DNA from: a virus
Lineage: Duplodnaviria; Caudoviricetes
Virus record (IMG/VR): IMGVR_UViG_3300013125_000024
Location: 1-32,493 of that record
Length of the DNA: 32,493 bases
Direction: 5' to 3' (one strand)
The translations under genes and the position numbers were made by a program. Positions 24,872 through 32,493 of the stretch are shown here, one piece after another. Position 1 is the stretch's first letter, and every line of letters begins with the position of its first letter. The notes beneath the pieces were generated by a model. It was not told the origin of the DNA. It saw only the letters and a list, made by a program, of their open reading frames with translations, and made no database searches.

Positions 24872-27800
24872 ATGCCAGCGGTTATCGAAAGCACCCTGTA
24901 TGTCACCCCTGGTGGTGCCGTTGTTCCTGGCTCGACCCAGCAGAACAGTCGTGACGATCTGCGCCCGGGCTATCAGGTGCTCCTGCACTCGGTGCATGTG
25001 GCGACGACCTACTCGTGGGACTTGTCCTTCGCCTCAAACTCGCCGGGCTCGACCGTGCCGGGTACGCCCTTTGATGGCACCGTGTCCGCATCAGCTTTGC
25101 TGCCCCCGCTGGGCAGCACGAGTCGTGATGCCAAGTTCAACGTGGACTTTGAGGGGTCCTACCTCATCCGTCTGGTGGTGGATGCAGGGCTGCCGACTGA
25201 GGACACCCAATTCATCCGGTGCCGGTTGCTGACCCTGTTTGGCGAACTCAAGCTCGTGGCAGCGGGCGAGCGGCGGGATGAGAAGGGCGTGATCCCAGTG
25301 GATGCAACCCCTGAGGGCTGGTCCAACGACCAGAACGCCAACCTCCAGCGCATCTCTTTGCTTCTGCGACGGCTTTCGACCAGCGGCCGGGTGCTCTATG
25401 TTGATGCGAACCGGGGTCGGGACAATGGGGCGGACCAGAATGACTACGAGAATCTGATCAGCCTCCCAGGGCCAGATGGGGCTCGCCCGGAGGAGACAGG
25501 CATCAAGGTGCGGGCAGTGGCCCACGGTGACTTCGCGTCCATCAACGAGGCCATTGCCTATGCTGTGGCTGCGCCTAGCCGAGGTGAACCGGCTCCGAGT
25601 GACACCAATCCGTACCTCATCAAGATCCAGCCGGGACTCTACGAAGAAGACCTGAACCTGGCGGCCTACGTCCACATCATGGGGGACTCGGGGCAGACGG
25701 TGACGATCCGCACAGTCAATGCGGGCGGAACGGGGACGCACACTTTCAACCCCATGGTGCCAGCGAACCAGGCTCGGCTGATCCTCTCGGGCCTGACGTT
25801 CATAAATACGGCGAACACCACAAGCCCTCTGCTGTATTTGCAGGGCGGTGAGGTGATGATCCTCAACTGCTTCTTTTACCAGAAGGGCGATGGCGTCGCT
25901 CAGGGTCCTGCGTTGGCGTGCATCACCACTGACCCAGCCCTGGCCCCCAAGGTCGGGTTGTTGTTTCCCAGCATCAGCACGTTGGCCACGGATGACCACA
26001 CCTGTGCCGTGTTCTTTGATGCCCCCGACAGTCATCTGGACTGCTTTGACGCACAGATCGAGGCGATCACCAATGGGCTGATTGTCAATCCGTCTCTCTA
26101 CGAGAACTGCGATGTCTCCATCACGAACAACACCGGGGTGCGTGCGACCTACCCCTTCGTGGGTTACCCCTCATCCTTGAATGTGCTCAACAGCAGCTTT
26201 GCCACCACGGATGGAGACCACGCCATCACTTTGGACACGTTCGGTGGGAACAAGCCAGGCAAGGTGGATGTGCTGCTGGACCATGTCTTCCTATATGGGA
26301 AGATTGAGTTTGACACCTCCAAGGCATTGGGCGGAGCTTCGATCGATCAGTCTTCCGTGAGCCACATGCCAGCCCAAAACGGTGGGGGCGGTGGCGGTGG
26401 ACCCCCCGAGTTTCTTCGTCTGCCTGCGGCTCCGGGGCAGTTGCCCAACATGGCAACAATCCTCCGGTCGGACACCCTCTGGTACGTCAAGGGCTATACA
26501 GACCCTCGGCAAGGTCCTGGAGGCACCCCGACCATCCCAGCAGCGAACCAGGTGAACGTGGAGGATGTGCAGCGCATTCTGGACACCCTCTGGCTGGCGG
26601 TGTTCCCTACTGCGGGCAGTCCTTTCCAGAGTCTGACCGGCGCGTACAACGGCTATTCATCCCTCGACCCGCTGGTGGCTGGGGTGGGTTTGGGCCGCAA
26701 CATCAATGCCGTGGGCGGGGCTGTTCAGATCCAGGGGGCCTCATGGCCCACGGCTCTGGAGAGCAGCCGCAAGAACGGAGGCTTGCAGGTCGAAGGCATC
26801 ATCGACATCGGTGGCTTCATCTCGGGTGCGGGTGCGGACACTGTAGCCAAGGTGGGCGGGTCTGAGATTCACCTGAACCCCAACCAAGCTGGAGCCGGCC
26901 CCTTCATCGGGCTCGGTCGGGCGACCTGGCCCAACGGGGTCACCCAGAAGGACCGGGGCTTTGCTGCGGGCCTCATCGTGGCCGGCGGTGCGCAGATTGA
27001 GGGGGAGACATCGGCCTATCACCTGCACCTGCGGACAGCCGACCTCAACAACCCCAACACAGGCAAGACGGGCAACATCTACATGGTGGCGGGGGCCACG
27101 CAGGGGGCCAATGAGGGTGGTGAAGTTCACCTTGTCGGGGGATCACAGCACACGCCTGGGGGCACGGTTGGCAATGTCTGGCTGGTGCCCGGCACCACGG
27201 AAACGCCGACGGCGGGCAAGGTCTGGTTCACTGGCAAGATGACAGGAGGCAACAGGGCTTCCCTGGCCCCCTCGGGCAACTTCGTACCGGGCACAGCGGG
27301 CACTTTGTTCTTCGGGACGCCCACAGGTGTGGTGAGTTTCACGTTGACGGGGATGGAGGCCACGGCCATTGTGGCCGCAACCTCCATCAACACTCAAGTG
27401 CGAGGCATCACAGCGGCAGAAGTGGCTGGCAAGGTGGTGCTCTACTCGGAGTACGGCCCTGGTGGTGACATCCTGTTCCTTGGGGGTGACGCAGCCCTCA
27501 ATACGGCGATGGGTAACTACAGCCTCGGCAGTGGTGCCACGTTCACTCCCGGGGTCTACGGCCACAAGGTCGCGGTGGATGTCCCCCAGAATGGCCGTCT
27601 GCGGGTCAACGGCGACTTGGAGTACACGGGCAGTCTCATCCCCAATCCCGGTGGCGGCGGGGTGTATGCCAACACGGCATTGCCGGTCTACAACCTGGCT
27701 TTGGGTTCCAACATCGACATCCTGGGCGTGAGTCTCCAAGCAGGGGTGAACACGTCAGTGGTGCTGAATGCTGCTGAGCCCACAGGTCGGCGGATCACGA

Positions 27801-27979
27801 TCACGGACGAGTTGGGCATGGCAACGATTGTCCCACCTGCGGCGGGCCAGCGGATCATCATCTCGGACAGTGGTGGTGGCACCCCCTTCGATGGCGGGGC
27901 TGCGACCCTGGAGATCACCGTGGCTGACGGGGCAGTGAGCCTCTACAAGACCTTGGCAGGCAAGTGGAAGTCCTACTAG
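24872..27979 (+). CDS. Tail fibre/tailspike-like protein with a probable right-handed beta-helix (1035 aa)
   Basis: GGAGG RBS. N-terminal PKD/Ig-like segment (TYSWDL...FNVDFEGSYLIRLVVD). GRVLYVD...FASINEAI...IKIQPGLYEEDLNL..VHIMG is the usual entry into pectin-lyase-like beta-helices. Later Gly-rich fibre-like repeats (TGNIYMVAG, GGEVHLVGG, VGNVWLVPG). Confidence 0.65.
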   Translation: MPAVIESTLYVTPGGAVVPGSTQQNSRDDLRPGYQVLLHSVHVATTYSWDLSFASNSPGSTVPGTPFDGTVSASALLPPLGSTSRDAKFNVDFEGSYLIRLVVDAGLPTEDTQFIRCRLLTLFGELKLVAAGERRDEKGVIPVDATPEGWSNDQNANLQRISLLLRRLSTSGRVLYVDANRGRDNGADQNDYENLISLPGPDGARPEETGIKVRAVAHGDFASINEAIAYAVAAPSRGEPAPSDTNPYLIKIQPGLYEEDLNLAAYVHIMGDSGQTVTIRTVNAGGTGTHTFNPMVPANQARLILSGLTFINTANTTSPLLYLQGGEVMILNCFFYQKGDGVAQGPALACITTDPALAPKVGLLFPSISTLATDDHTCAVFFDAPDSHLDCFDAQIEAITNGLIVNPSLYENCDVSITNNTGVRATYPFVGYPSSLNVLNSSFATTDGDHAITLDTFGGNKPGKVDVLLDHVFLYGKIEFDTSKALGGASIDQSSVSHMPAQNGGGGGGGPPEFLRLPAAPGQLPNMATILRSDTLWYVKGYTDPRQGPGGTPTIPAANQVNVEDVQRILDTLWLAVFPTAGSPFQSLTGAYNGYSSLDPLVAGVGLGRNINAVGGAVQIQGASWPTALESSRKNGGLQVEGIIDIGGFISGAGADTVAKVGGSEIHLNPNQAGAGPFIGLGRATWPNGVTQKDRGFAAGLIVAGGAQIEGETSAYHLHLRTADLNNPNTGKTGNIYMVAGATQGANEGGEVHLVGGSQHTPGGTVGNVWLVPGTTETPTAGKVWFTGKMTGGNRASLAPSGNFVPGTAGTLFFGTPTGVVSFTLTGMEATAIVAATSINTQVRGITAAEVAGKVVLYSEYGPGGDILFLGGDAALNTAMGNYSLGSGATFTPGVYGHKVAVDVPQNGRLRVNGDLEYTGSLIPNPGGGGVYANTALPVYNLALGSNIDILGVSLQAGVNTSVVLNAAEPTGRRITITDELGMATIVPPAAGQRIIISDSGGGTPFDGGAATLEITVADGAVSLYKTLAGKWKSY

Positions 27980-27993
27980 GCTTGGAGGTATGA
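27971..27993 (+). promoter_or_regulatory. Degenerate recurring motif, copy 4 (TCCTAC-N11-GTATGA)
   Basis: Same CTAY-N10-GGTA spacing as copies 2 and 3, straddling the stop at 27979 and the GGAGG upstream of ATG 28001. Could be chance because it overlaps a stop codon and an RBS. Confidence 0.3.
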
Positions 27994-28000
27994 GTAGCAC

Positions 28001-31000
28001 ATGGCCTTCACTCCGCCCACGGACCCCAAGGACTCCTACGAACTGAGTCCTTTCGGCTTTGGCCCCTTCCCGGTTCCTGGGGAGTCGGTCGAGGTTGCGC
28101 CCCCTCATCCTGAGGGAGGTGGCTACGGCGGCGTGGGCTTCCTGGTGGTGGACGGCCAGGCTCCCGGGGGCACGCCCTATGGCCTCGGCTCGTATGGTTC
28201 ATCTTGGTTCCGGCGGCCCCGCAAGAACATTGATGGCGGCTATGGTGGTGACCCCTATGGCTTTGGTGGCTACGGTGGCACAGAGAATGTGTCCCCCAGG
28301 GTGTCCTCGGCCATCTCCATCACAGCCTTCGAGGTGGAGGTGTTCTTCTCGGAGGATCTCGACACCAGGAACTCAGCCCTGACCGACCCCGCGTCGTACA
28401 CCCTGGAGGCCATTGCAGGGGCCGCTCCGGCCACGGTCCTCTCGGTACATGTGGAGCAACTTGGCTCGGTGAACTTGGGCGCTGGGGATACCATCGCTGG
28501 AGCCTTGTCCGTCATCTTGACCCACACGGGCACGACTTTGGGCGGGACGTACAAGGTTCATGCCCAGAACGTGACTGACATTGCTGGCAATGTCATGTTG
28601 GATGTGGGTGCCTCCTTCCTGGCTCGGGGCGCAGCCCCCCAGTTCGTGGCGGCCCTCCCCCAGATTGACACGGGCGACCAGGTGGGACTCACCTTTGACC
28701 AGGACATGCTCAGGGCCGCCGATGAGCCTGGTGCTGGTCAGGGTATCTCTGACCCTGCGTCCTACGAGTTCACCTCGCAGGTGGCGTACCCCATCTCGGT
28801 GATACCTGTCACGGCAAACCATGAGCCGAACCCCAAGAAGGTACTCCTGACCGTCCGGGGGATGACTTCCCTGACCTACGACCTGTTGGTGGGGCCTGCC
28901 TTTGCCTTCAGCTATGACACCATGGCAGGGTTGAAGAATGCCATTCGCATTGACACGGGTACGGGTACTGTGGCCATCAGTGGCAGCAACCTGATCTTGA
29001 GCCGAGCGAAGAACAACGTCCTGGGCATGGAGTGGCAGGACACGAGTGGCACCATCGTGCCCCTGACTTCAACCTTGCGGGCGGACATCGCCTTTGACTT
29101 CAGCAACACGGCCTACGACCCGGCCATTGGCACCTTCCCTCTGCCCGAGGTGGCAGAGGTGGTGTTCCAGGATGGCCTCCCAGGCGTGGGGCTTCTGGTG
29201 CGAGCCACTTTGCAGTACGGCCTGGCAGGAGTGGAGCAGATCCGGCTCCGGTCTGGCAGCTTCGATGTGCCATTCGATGCCACTTGGACGGGTGGCAGGC
29301 ACACACTGTCCTTTGTTCGCAACCAGAAGGCCGGCACCTTCGCCTTGGTGCTGGACGGCCTCCCCTTGGGGGCTACGGCCATTGGCAACTTGGATGGGGT
29401 GCCCGAGACGCAGGCCGGTTTGCGGTTCTCACTCCTGTCAGGCGGCTGGGACATCTCTGGTGTGCGTGTAGGTGCGCTGAAGGTGACCTCATCCACGACG
29501 GTCTACTCCGCAGCTTGGAACTTCTTGCATGAGGGCGTGGTGTCCTTCCAGGGCTCCGCCGTCTTGACACGGGACACCGTGGAGACGCAAAGAGGTCCCC
29601 TGGTCAAGGGATGGGGCGATGCAACGCCGGCAACCAAGCAGGACGTGGCCGTGGTGGTCAATGGTGTGGCTGTCGAGGTCGCTGATGTCAACCCGTACAT
29701 CGGCAAGATTCGCACGACAGTCCCTATCCCGTTGCTGCCCCCGGGTGACCCCCAAGCCAGCGTGCAGGTGGACTACCAGTGGTTCAAGTCCCCGATCATG
29801 GAGTTCGCAGGATTGAACACAGAGGGCCTGGTCCTCAACAAGTTCGACTGCAACAGGCGGGGGCATCACGACCCAACGGCACCTGGCGATCAGGTACAGG
29901 TGCTTCCTGGTCCTGATTTCTTGGCAGAGCCCGGGGAGCCCAAGGGGGCCGTGGACATCCACCGTTTCCCAATGGGTGTCGTGCTCGGACCGATGCTTCG
30001 GGCTAAGCCACTCTACATCGGGCACAGATACATGGGCTTTGAGCGGGCCTACTCAGCTCTGATGAACAGCCCCACGACTCTGACCTTGAACCAAGCTCCG
30101 AATCGAGCTTCTGTGCCCGGTTTTGACCGGACGGTGCAGGGCGTGAGTGTGGCCTATGAGGGCTTGGTCAAGCCGGGAGCCTCGTCCCCTGCTTGGGCTC
30201 TATCAGGGACGGATGATGGCGGGGTGGACCACAGTGCTACGCCGGGCATCGACTTGGGCACCTACACGGTCATCGACGCACAGACAGGATCTTACCTGCC
30301 CACCGCAGAGCAGGCTGTGGTCTACAGGCGTGGCGTGGACTTGTCCTTCTTGTCGAGCATCAGCTTGGTGGCTCGCTTCCAAGTTGCTTCAGGCAATCTG
30401 TTTGATGCGACCCACCCGGCGACCCGGCCTGTCTCTACTACGGTCACGACCCCGGAGGGGGTGTTCACGGGCGTGGGCTTTGGCATCCACGACAACCAGC
30501 GGCTGTATTTCTGCGGTGCGCTCCTGGTCAACGGCGTGGAGCATGTGGGGCTCTTGCTCAACCCGAAGCGGCCCCAGGAGGCCACATCATGGAGCATCGG
30601 TCCCAGGGGCATTCTGACGGCTTCCAGCCAGACTCGGGGGGCACTGCCCACAGTCCAAGTTCCTGTGGGCTTCACCTCTGGTTCCCGCTTTCAGATTCTC
30701 ACAGGCCCGCAGGCGGGGGTTTACACCGCGACCAGTGTGGTGGCTCAGACGGGGGGTGCCACGACCGTGGAGTTCACTCCGGCACTTCCGGTGCCCTGGG
30801 ATCAGTGGGGACAGAAGTACCCGGAGGTTACCTTCGAGACGAGGACGACGGCCAAGCCATTCACCTACCGGCTGGACATCCACACGGATCAGCAGGTGGC
30901 AGAACTGCGCATCTCGGGTGAAACCCAGGGCGTAGTTGCTGCGATCGATGGCAACGTCCCCGCACTGCCTGTTCCGGCGGCTACTTCATTGCTACTCCCG

Positions 31001-32493
31001 ATGGACGGCAATGGCCAGGTCTTCTGGGGCTCCTTGAGTCGCCAGGCAGCCAGCCGGGCTACTTGGTCCTTCATGCGCTACGGCGTCATCCCCGATCAGG
31101 TGTTCAGCCAGGGTCATGCCGTGGTGGTGAACACAGAGATGGGCAGCTTGCCTGAGGACGATGTCACAGCCCGGTGGTTCCCTCGGCAGGACTTTGGTGA
31201 GGCCAGTATTGGAACGGGGATGCTCCTTAAGACTGGAGTTGCCCATGAGAGCCTCGACTTCACCTTTGGCTACACCAGGGTCGAGCCCTTTCTCTCACCC
31301 GAGGCCTTGTTTGACTTCCGGGCGAAAGTGGCCCTCGATTCAGGGACTCTTGGCGCGGGGGATGTGGAACTGTCCCTGGACGACACGCAGAGGGTTGCCA
31401 AGTTGGTGCCCTTGCTCTACCAGAGGGGGTTTGGCGGGGAGGCAGACAAGCGCCTGGTGAACCTGCCCTCGGTGTCCATGACGGGCTTCGCCTTGCCCGA
31501 GACGCTGGGGTGGGCCAAGCAGTCAGGGAGTACCCTCGGGGTATCTGTGGCGGGTGCCCAGTTGATTACGACCCAGACGGCCATGACCAAGGGTGGCTGG
31601 ACGAGGAATCTCGACTGGAATCTGATCGGGGCACCTTCGACGGATGAAGGCCGCATCTTTGAGGCACGGCTGGCAGTGAGGGCTTACACGGCCAATGCTG
31701 CGGGGGACACAGGTATTCGCTTTGGCTGTCAGATGGCAGGCCCCGTCGTGGATGCGGTGGTCCAGGTGGAGCTTCGTGCCGGGGGCGTTCCCGGTGTCCG
31801 CCTGCGGACTGCGGCGGCCGTGGTCCTGGAGTATGACTTCAATTGGACGGACGGGAACCCTCACACTTACCGAGTGCTTGCGGACGGCGCAGCGGGAACA
31901 GCCACCCTGGTCCTCGACGACACAGTGCAACTTCCCGCTGCCAACCTCGGACTGTTCGATGGTGCCACGGACACGGTGGCAAACTTCTTCGGCTGCACCG
32001 GTCTCAACGGTCTCAATGTCATTGACGCCACCCTGTCTTGCACGGTGGAGTGGCATCACTTCCATAGCCATGTCATGCCCCCAGCCTCGGCTCTGCGTAC
32101 CATCGGTGTGTGGCTCGGCGGGGACAAGAATGACATCAATTCCTTCGAGATCCCCCGCACGGACACCTCATCTGCACCGAACGCACGGGAAGTTGGACCT
32201 CTCATTGAGGACATGGACTGGCGGCAGAGCATGGAGCTTCGGCTCTATCACGATCCGGGTTGGGGCATCACGGTGTTCCGGCCGGACTTGCCCCCGCCCC
32301 CCTACTATCAGCCTGAGGACGGTCAGGCTGGTCACGGCTTCATCACGGATTCAACGGAGCCATCGGCGGGCTGGATCAACGTCGAGTACCCTTCGCTGCC
32401 CCGGTCCCCGGGGACAGCACTGGGCGTGGTGGCCTTTGGGTCTTTGGACAGCAGGAGCTTGAGCCAGTCGAGGTGGGACTGGGTGCGCTACCG
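28001..32493 (+). CDS. Large Ig-like / LamG-like structural protein, 3'-truncated (>=1497 codons; absent from the ORF track)
   Basis: Hand translation from ATG 28001 gives MAFTPPTDPKDSYELSPFGFGPFP..., and the same frame reads ...SQSRWDWVRY at the window end. No stop was seen in the many lines checked. Contains Big-like repeats (VEVFFSEDL..TDPASYTL..VTDIAGN; VGLTFDQDM..SDPASYEF) and LamG-like motifs (WTGGRHTLSFVR..LVLDG; FNWTDGNPHTYRV..LVLDD). Confidence 0.85.
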   Translation, partial: MAFTPPTDPKDSYELSPFGFGPFPVPGESVEVAPPHPEGGGYGGVGFLVVDGQAPGGTPYGLGSYGSSWFRRPRKNIDGGYGGDPYGFGGYGGTENVSPRVSSAISITAFEVEVFFSEDLDTRNSALTDPASYTLEAIAGAAPATVLSVHVEQLGSVNLGAGDTIAGALSVILTHTGTTLGGTYKVHAQNVTDIAGNVMLDVGASFLARGAAPQFVAALPQIDTGDQVGLTFDQDMLRAADEPGAGQGISDPASYEFTSQVAYPISVIPVTANHEPNPKKVLLTVRGMTSLTYDLLVGPAFAFSYDTMAGLKNAIRIDTGTGTVAISGSNLILSRAKNNVLGMEWQDTSGTIVPLTSTLRADIAFDFSNTAYDPAIGTFPLPEVAEVVFQDGLPGVGLLVRATLQYGLAGVEQIRLRSGSFDVPFDATWTGGRHTLSFVRNQKAGTFALVLDGLPLGATAIGNLDGVPETQAGLRFSLLSGGWDISGVRVGALKVTSSTTVYSAAWNFLHEGVVSFQGSAVLTRDTVETQRGPLVKGWGDATPATKQDVAVVVNGVAVEVADVNPYIGKIRTTVPIPLLPPGDPQASVQVDYQWFKSPIMEFAGLNTEGLVLNKFDCNRRGHHDPTAPGDQVQVLPGPDFLAEPGEPKGAVDIHRFPMGVVLGPMLRAKPLYIGHRYMGFERAYSALMNSPTTLTLNQAPNRASVPGFDRTVQGVSVAYEGLVKPGASSPAWALSGTDDGGVDHSATPGIDLGTYTVIDAQTGSYLPTAEQAVVYRRGVDLSFLSSISLVARFQVASGNLFDATHPATRPVSTTVTTPEGVFTGVGFGIHDNQRLYFCGALLVNGVEHVGLLLNPKRPQEATSWSIGPRGILTASSQTRGALPTVQVPVGFTSGSRFQILTGPQAGVYTATSVVAQTGGATTVEFTPALPVPWDQWGQKYPEVTFETRTTAKPFTYRLDIHTDQQVAELRISGETQGVVAAIDGNVPALPVPAATSLLLPMDGNGQVFWGSLSRQAASRATWSFMRYGVIPDQVFSQGHAVVVNTEMGSLPEDDVTARWFPRQDFGEASIGTGMLLKTGVAHESLDFTFGYTRVEPFLSPEALFDFRAKVALDSGTLGAGDVELSLDDTQRVAKLVPLLYQRGFGGEADKRLVNLPSVSMTGFALPETLGWAKQSGSTLGVSVAGAQLITTQTAMTKGGWTRNLDWNLIGAPSTDEGRIFEARLAVRAYTANAAGDTGIRFGCQMAGPVVDAVVQVELRAGGVPGVRLRTAAAVVLEYDFNWTDGNPHTYRVLADGAAGTATLVLDDTVQLPAANLGLFDGATDTVANFFGCTGLNGLNVIDATLSCTVEWHHFHSHVMPPASALRTIGVWLGGDKNDINSFEIPRTDTSSAPNAREVGPLIEDMDWRQSMELRLYHDPGWGITVFRPDLPPPPYYQPEDGQAGHGFITDSTEPSAGWINVEYPSLPRSPGTALGVVAFGSLDSRSLSQSRWDWVRY

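Noticed and set aside
7257-26035. Long antisense ORFs (e.g. 7257-8354, 11121-12023, 17669-18637, 23287-24348, 25091-26035)
   Set aside because: Shadow ORFs opposite GC-rich genes; no recognisable motifs.
27990-28046. Short out-of-frame ORF from ATG 27990
   Set aside because: Only 1 nt from the GGAGG, which is too close for initiation; no other support.
28059-32462. Short ORF-track calls in the last 4.5 kb (e.g. 31695-32462, 30147-30617)
   Set aside because: Alternative-frame artefacts inside the long open frame starting at 28001.
1-32493. CRISPR array, tRNA/rRNA, stop-codon reassignment, diversity-generating retroelement
   Set aside because: No spaced repeats, RNA-gene signatures or reverse transcriptase seen. 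Genes are intact under the standard code and both TGA and TAG act as stops.

Overview
A GC-rich, almost entirely + strand, tightly packed operon of very large virion-type proteins. It is best read as the contractile-tail baseplate and fibre module of a jumbo phage; no capsid, sheath, terminase or host gene is in the window, so a giant contractile injection system cannot be formally excluded. Gene order: 5'-truncated spike-like gene, small Gly/Ala repeat protein, 3723-aa giant protein, 67-aa coiled-coil, 1073-aa and 297-aa unknowns, extended gp25-like wedge, baseplate J-like, baseplate I-like, 1035-aa fibre/spike-like protein, and a >=1497-codon Ig/LamG-like gene that runs off the end and is missing from the ORF track. 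The most unusual element is a ~1.06-kb lower-GC antisense cassette (18752-19808) with two related HNH-type endonuclease ORFs. It appears to have inserted into the 3' end of the gp25-like gene, giving it a look-alike replacement C-terminus, leaving the apparent original C-terminus stranded downstream (still overlapping the next start codon), and carrying its own copy of a CTAY-N10/11-GGT(A/G) motif that also occurs upstream of three other genes. All product calls come from motifs recognised by eye; no searches were run.
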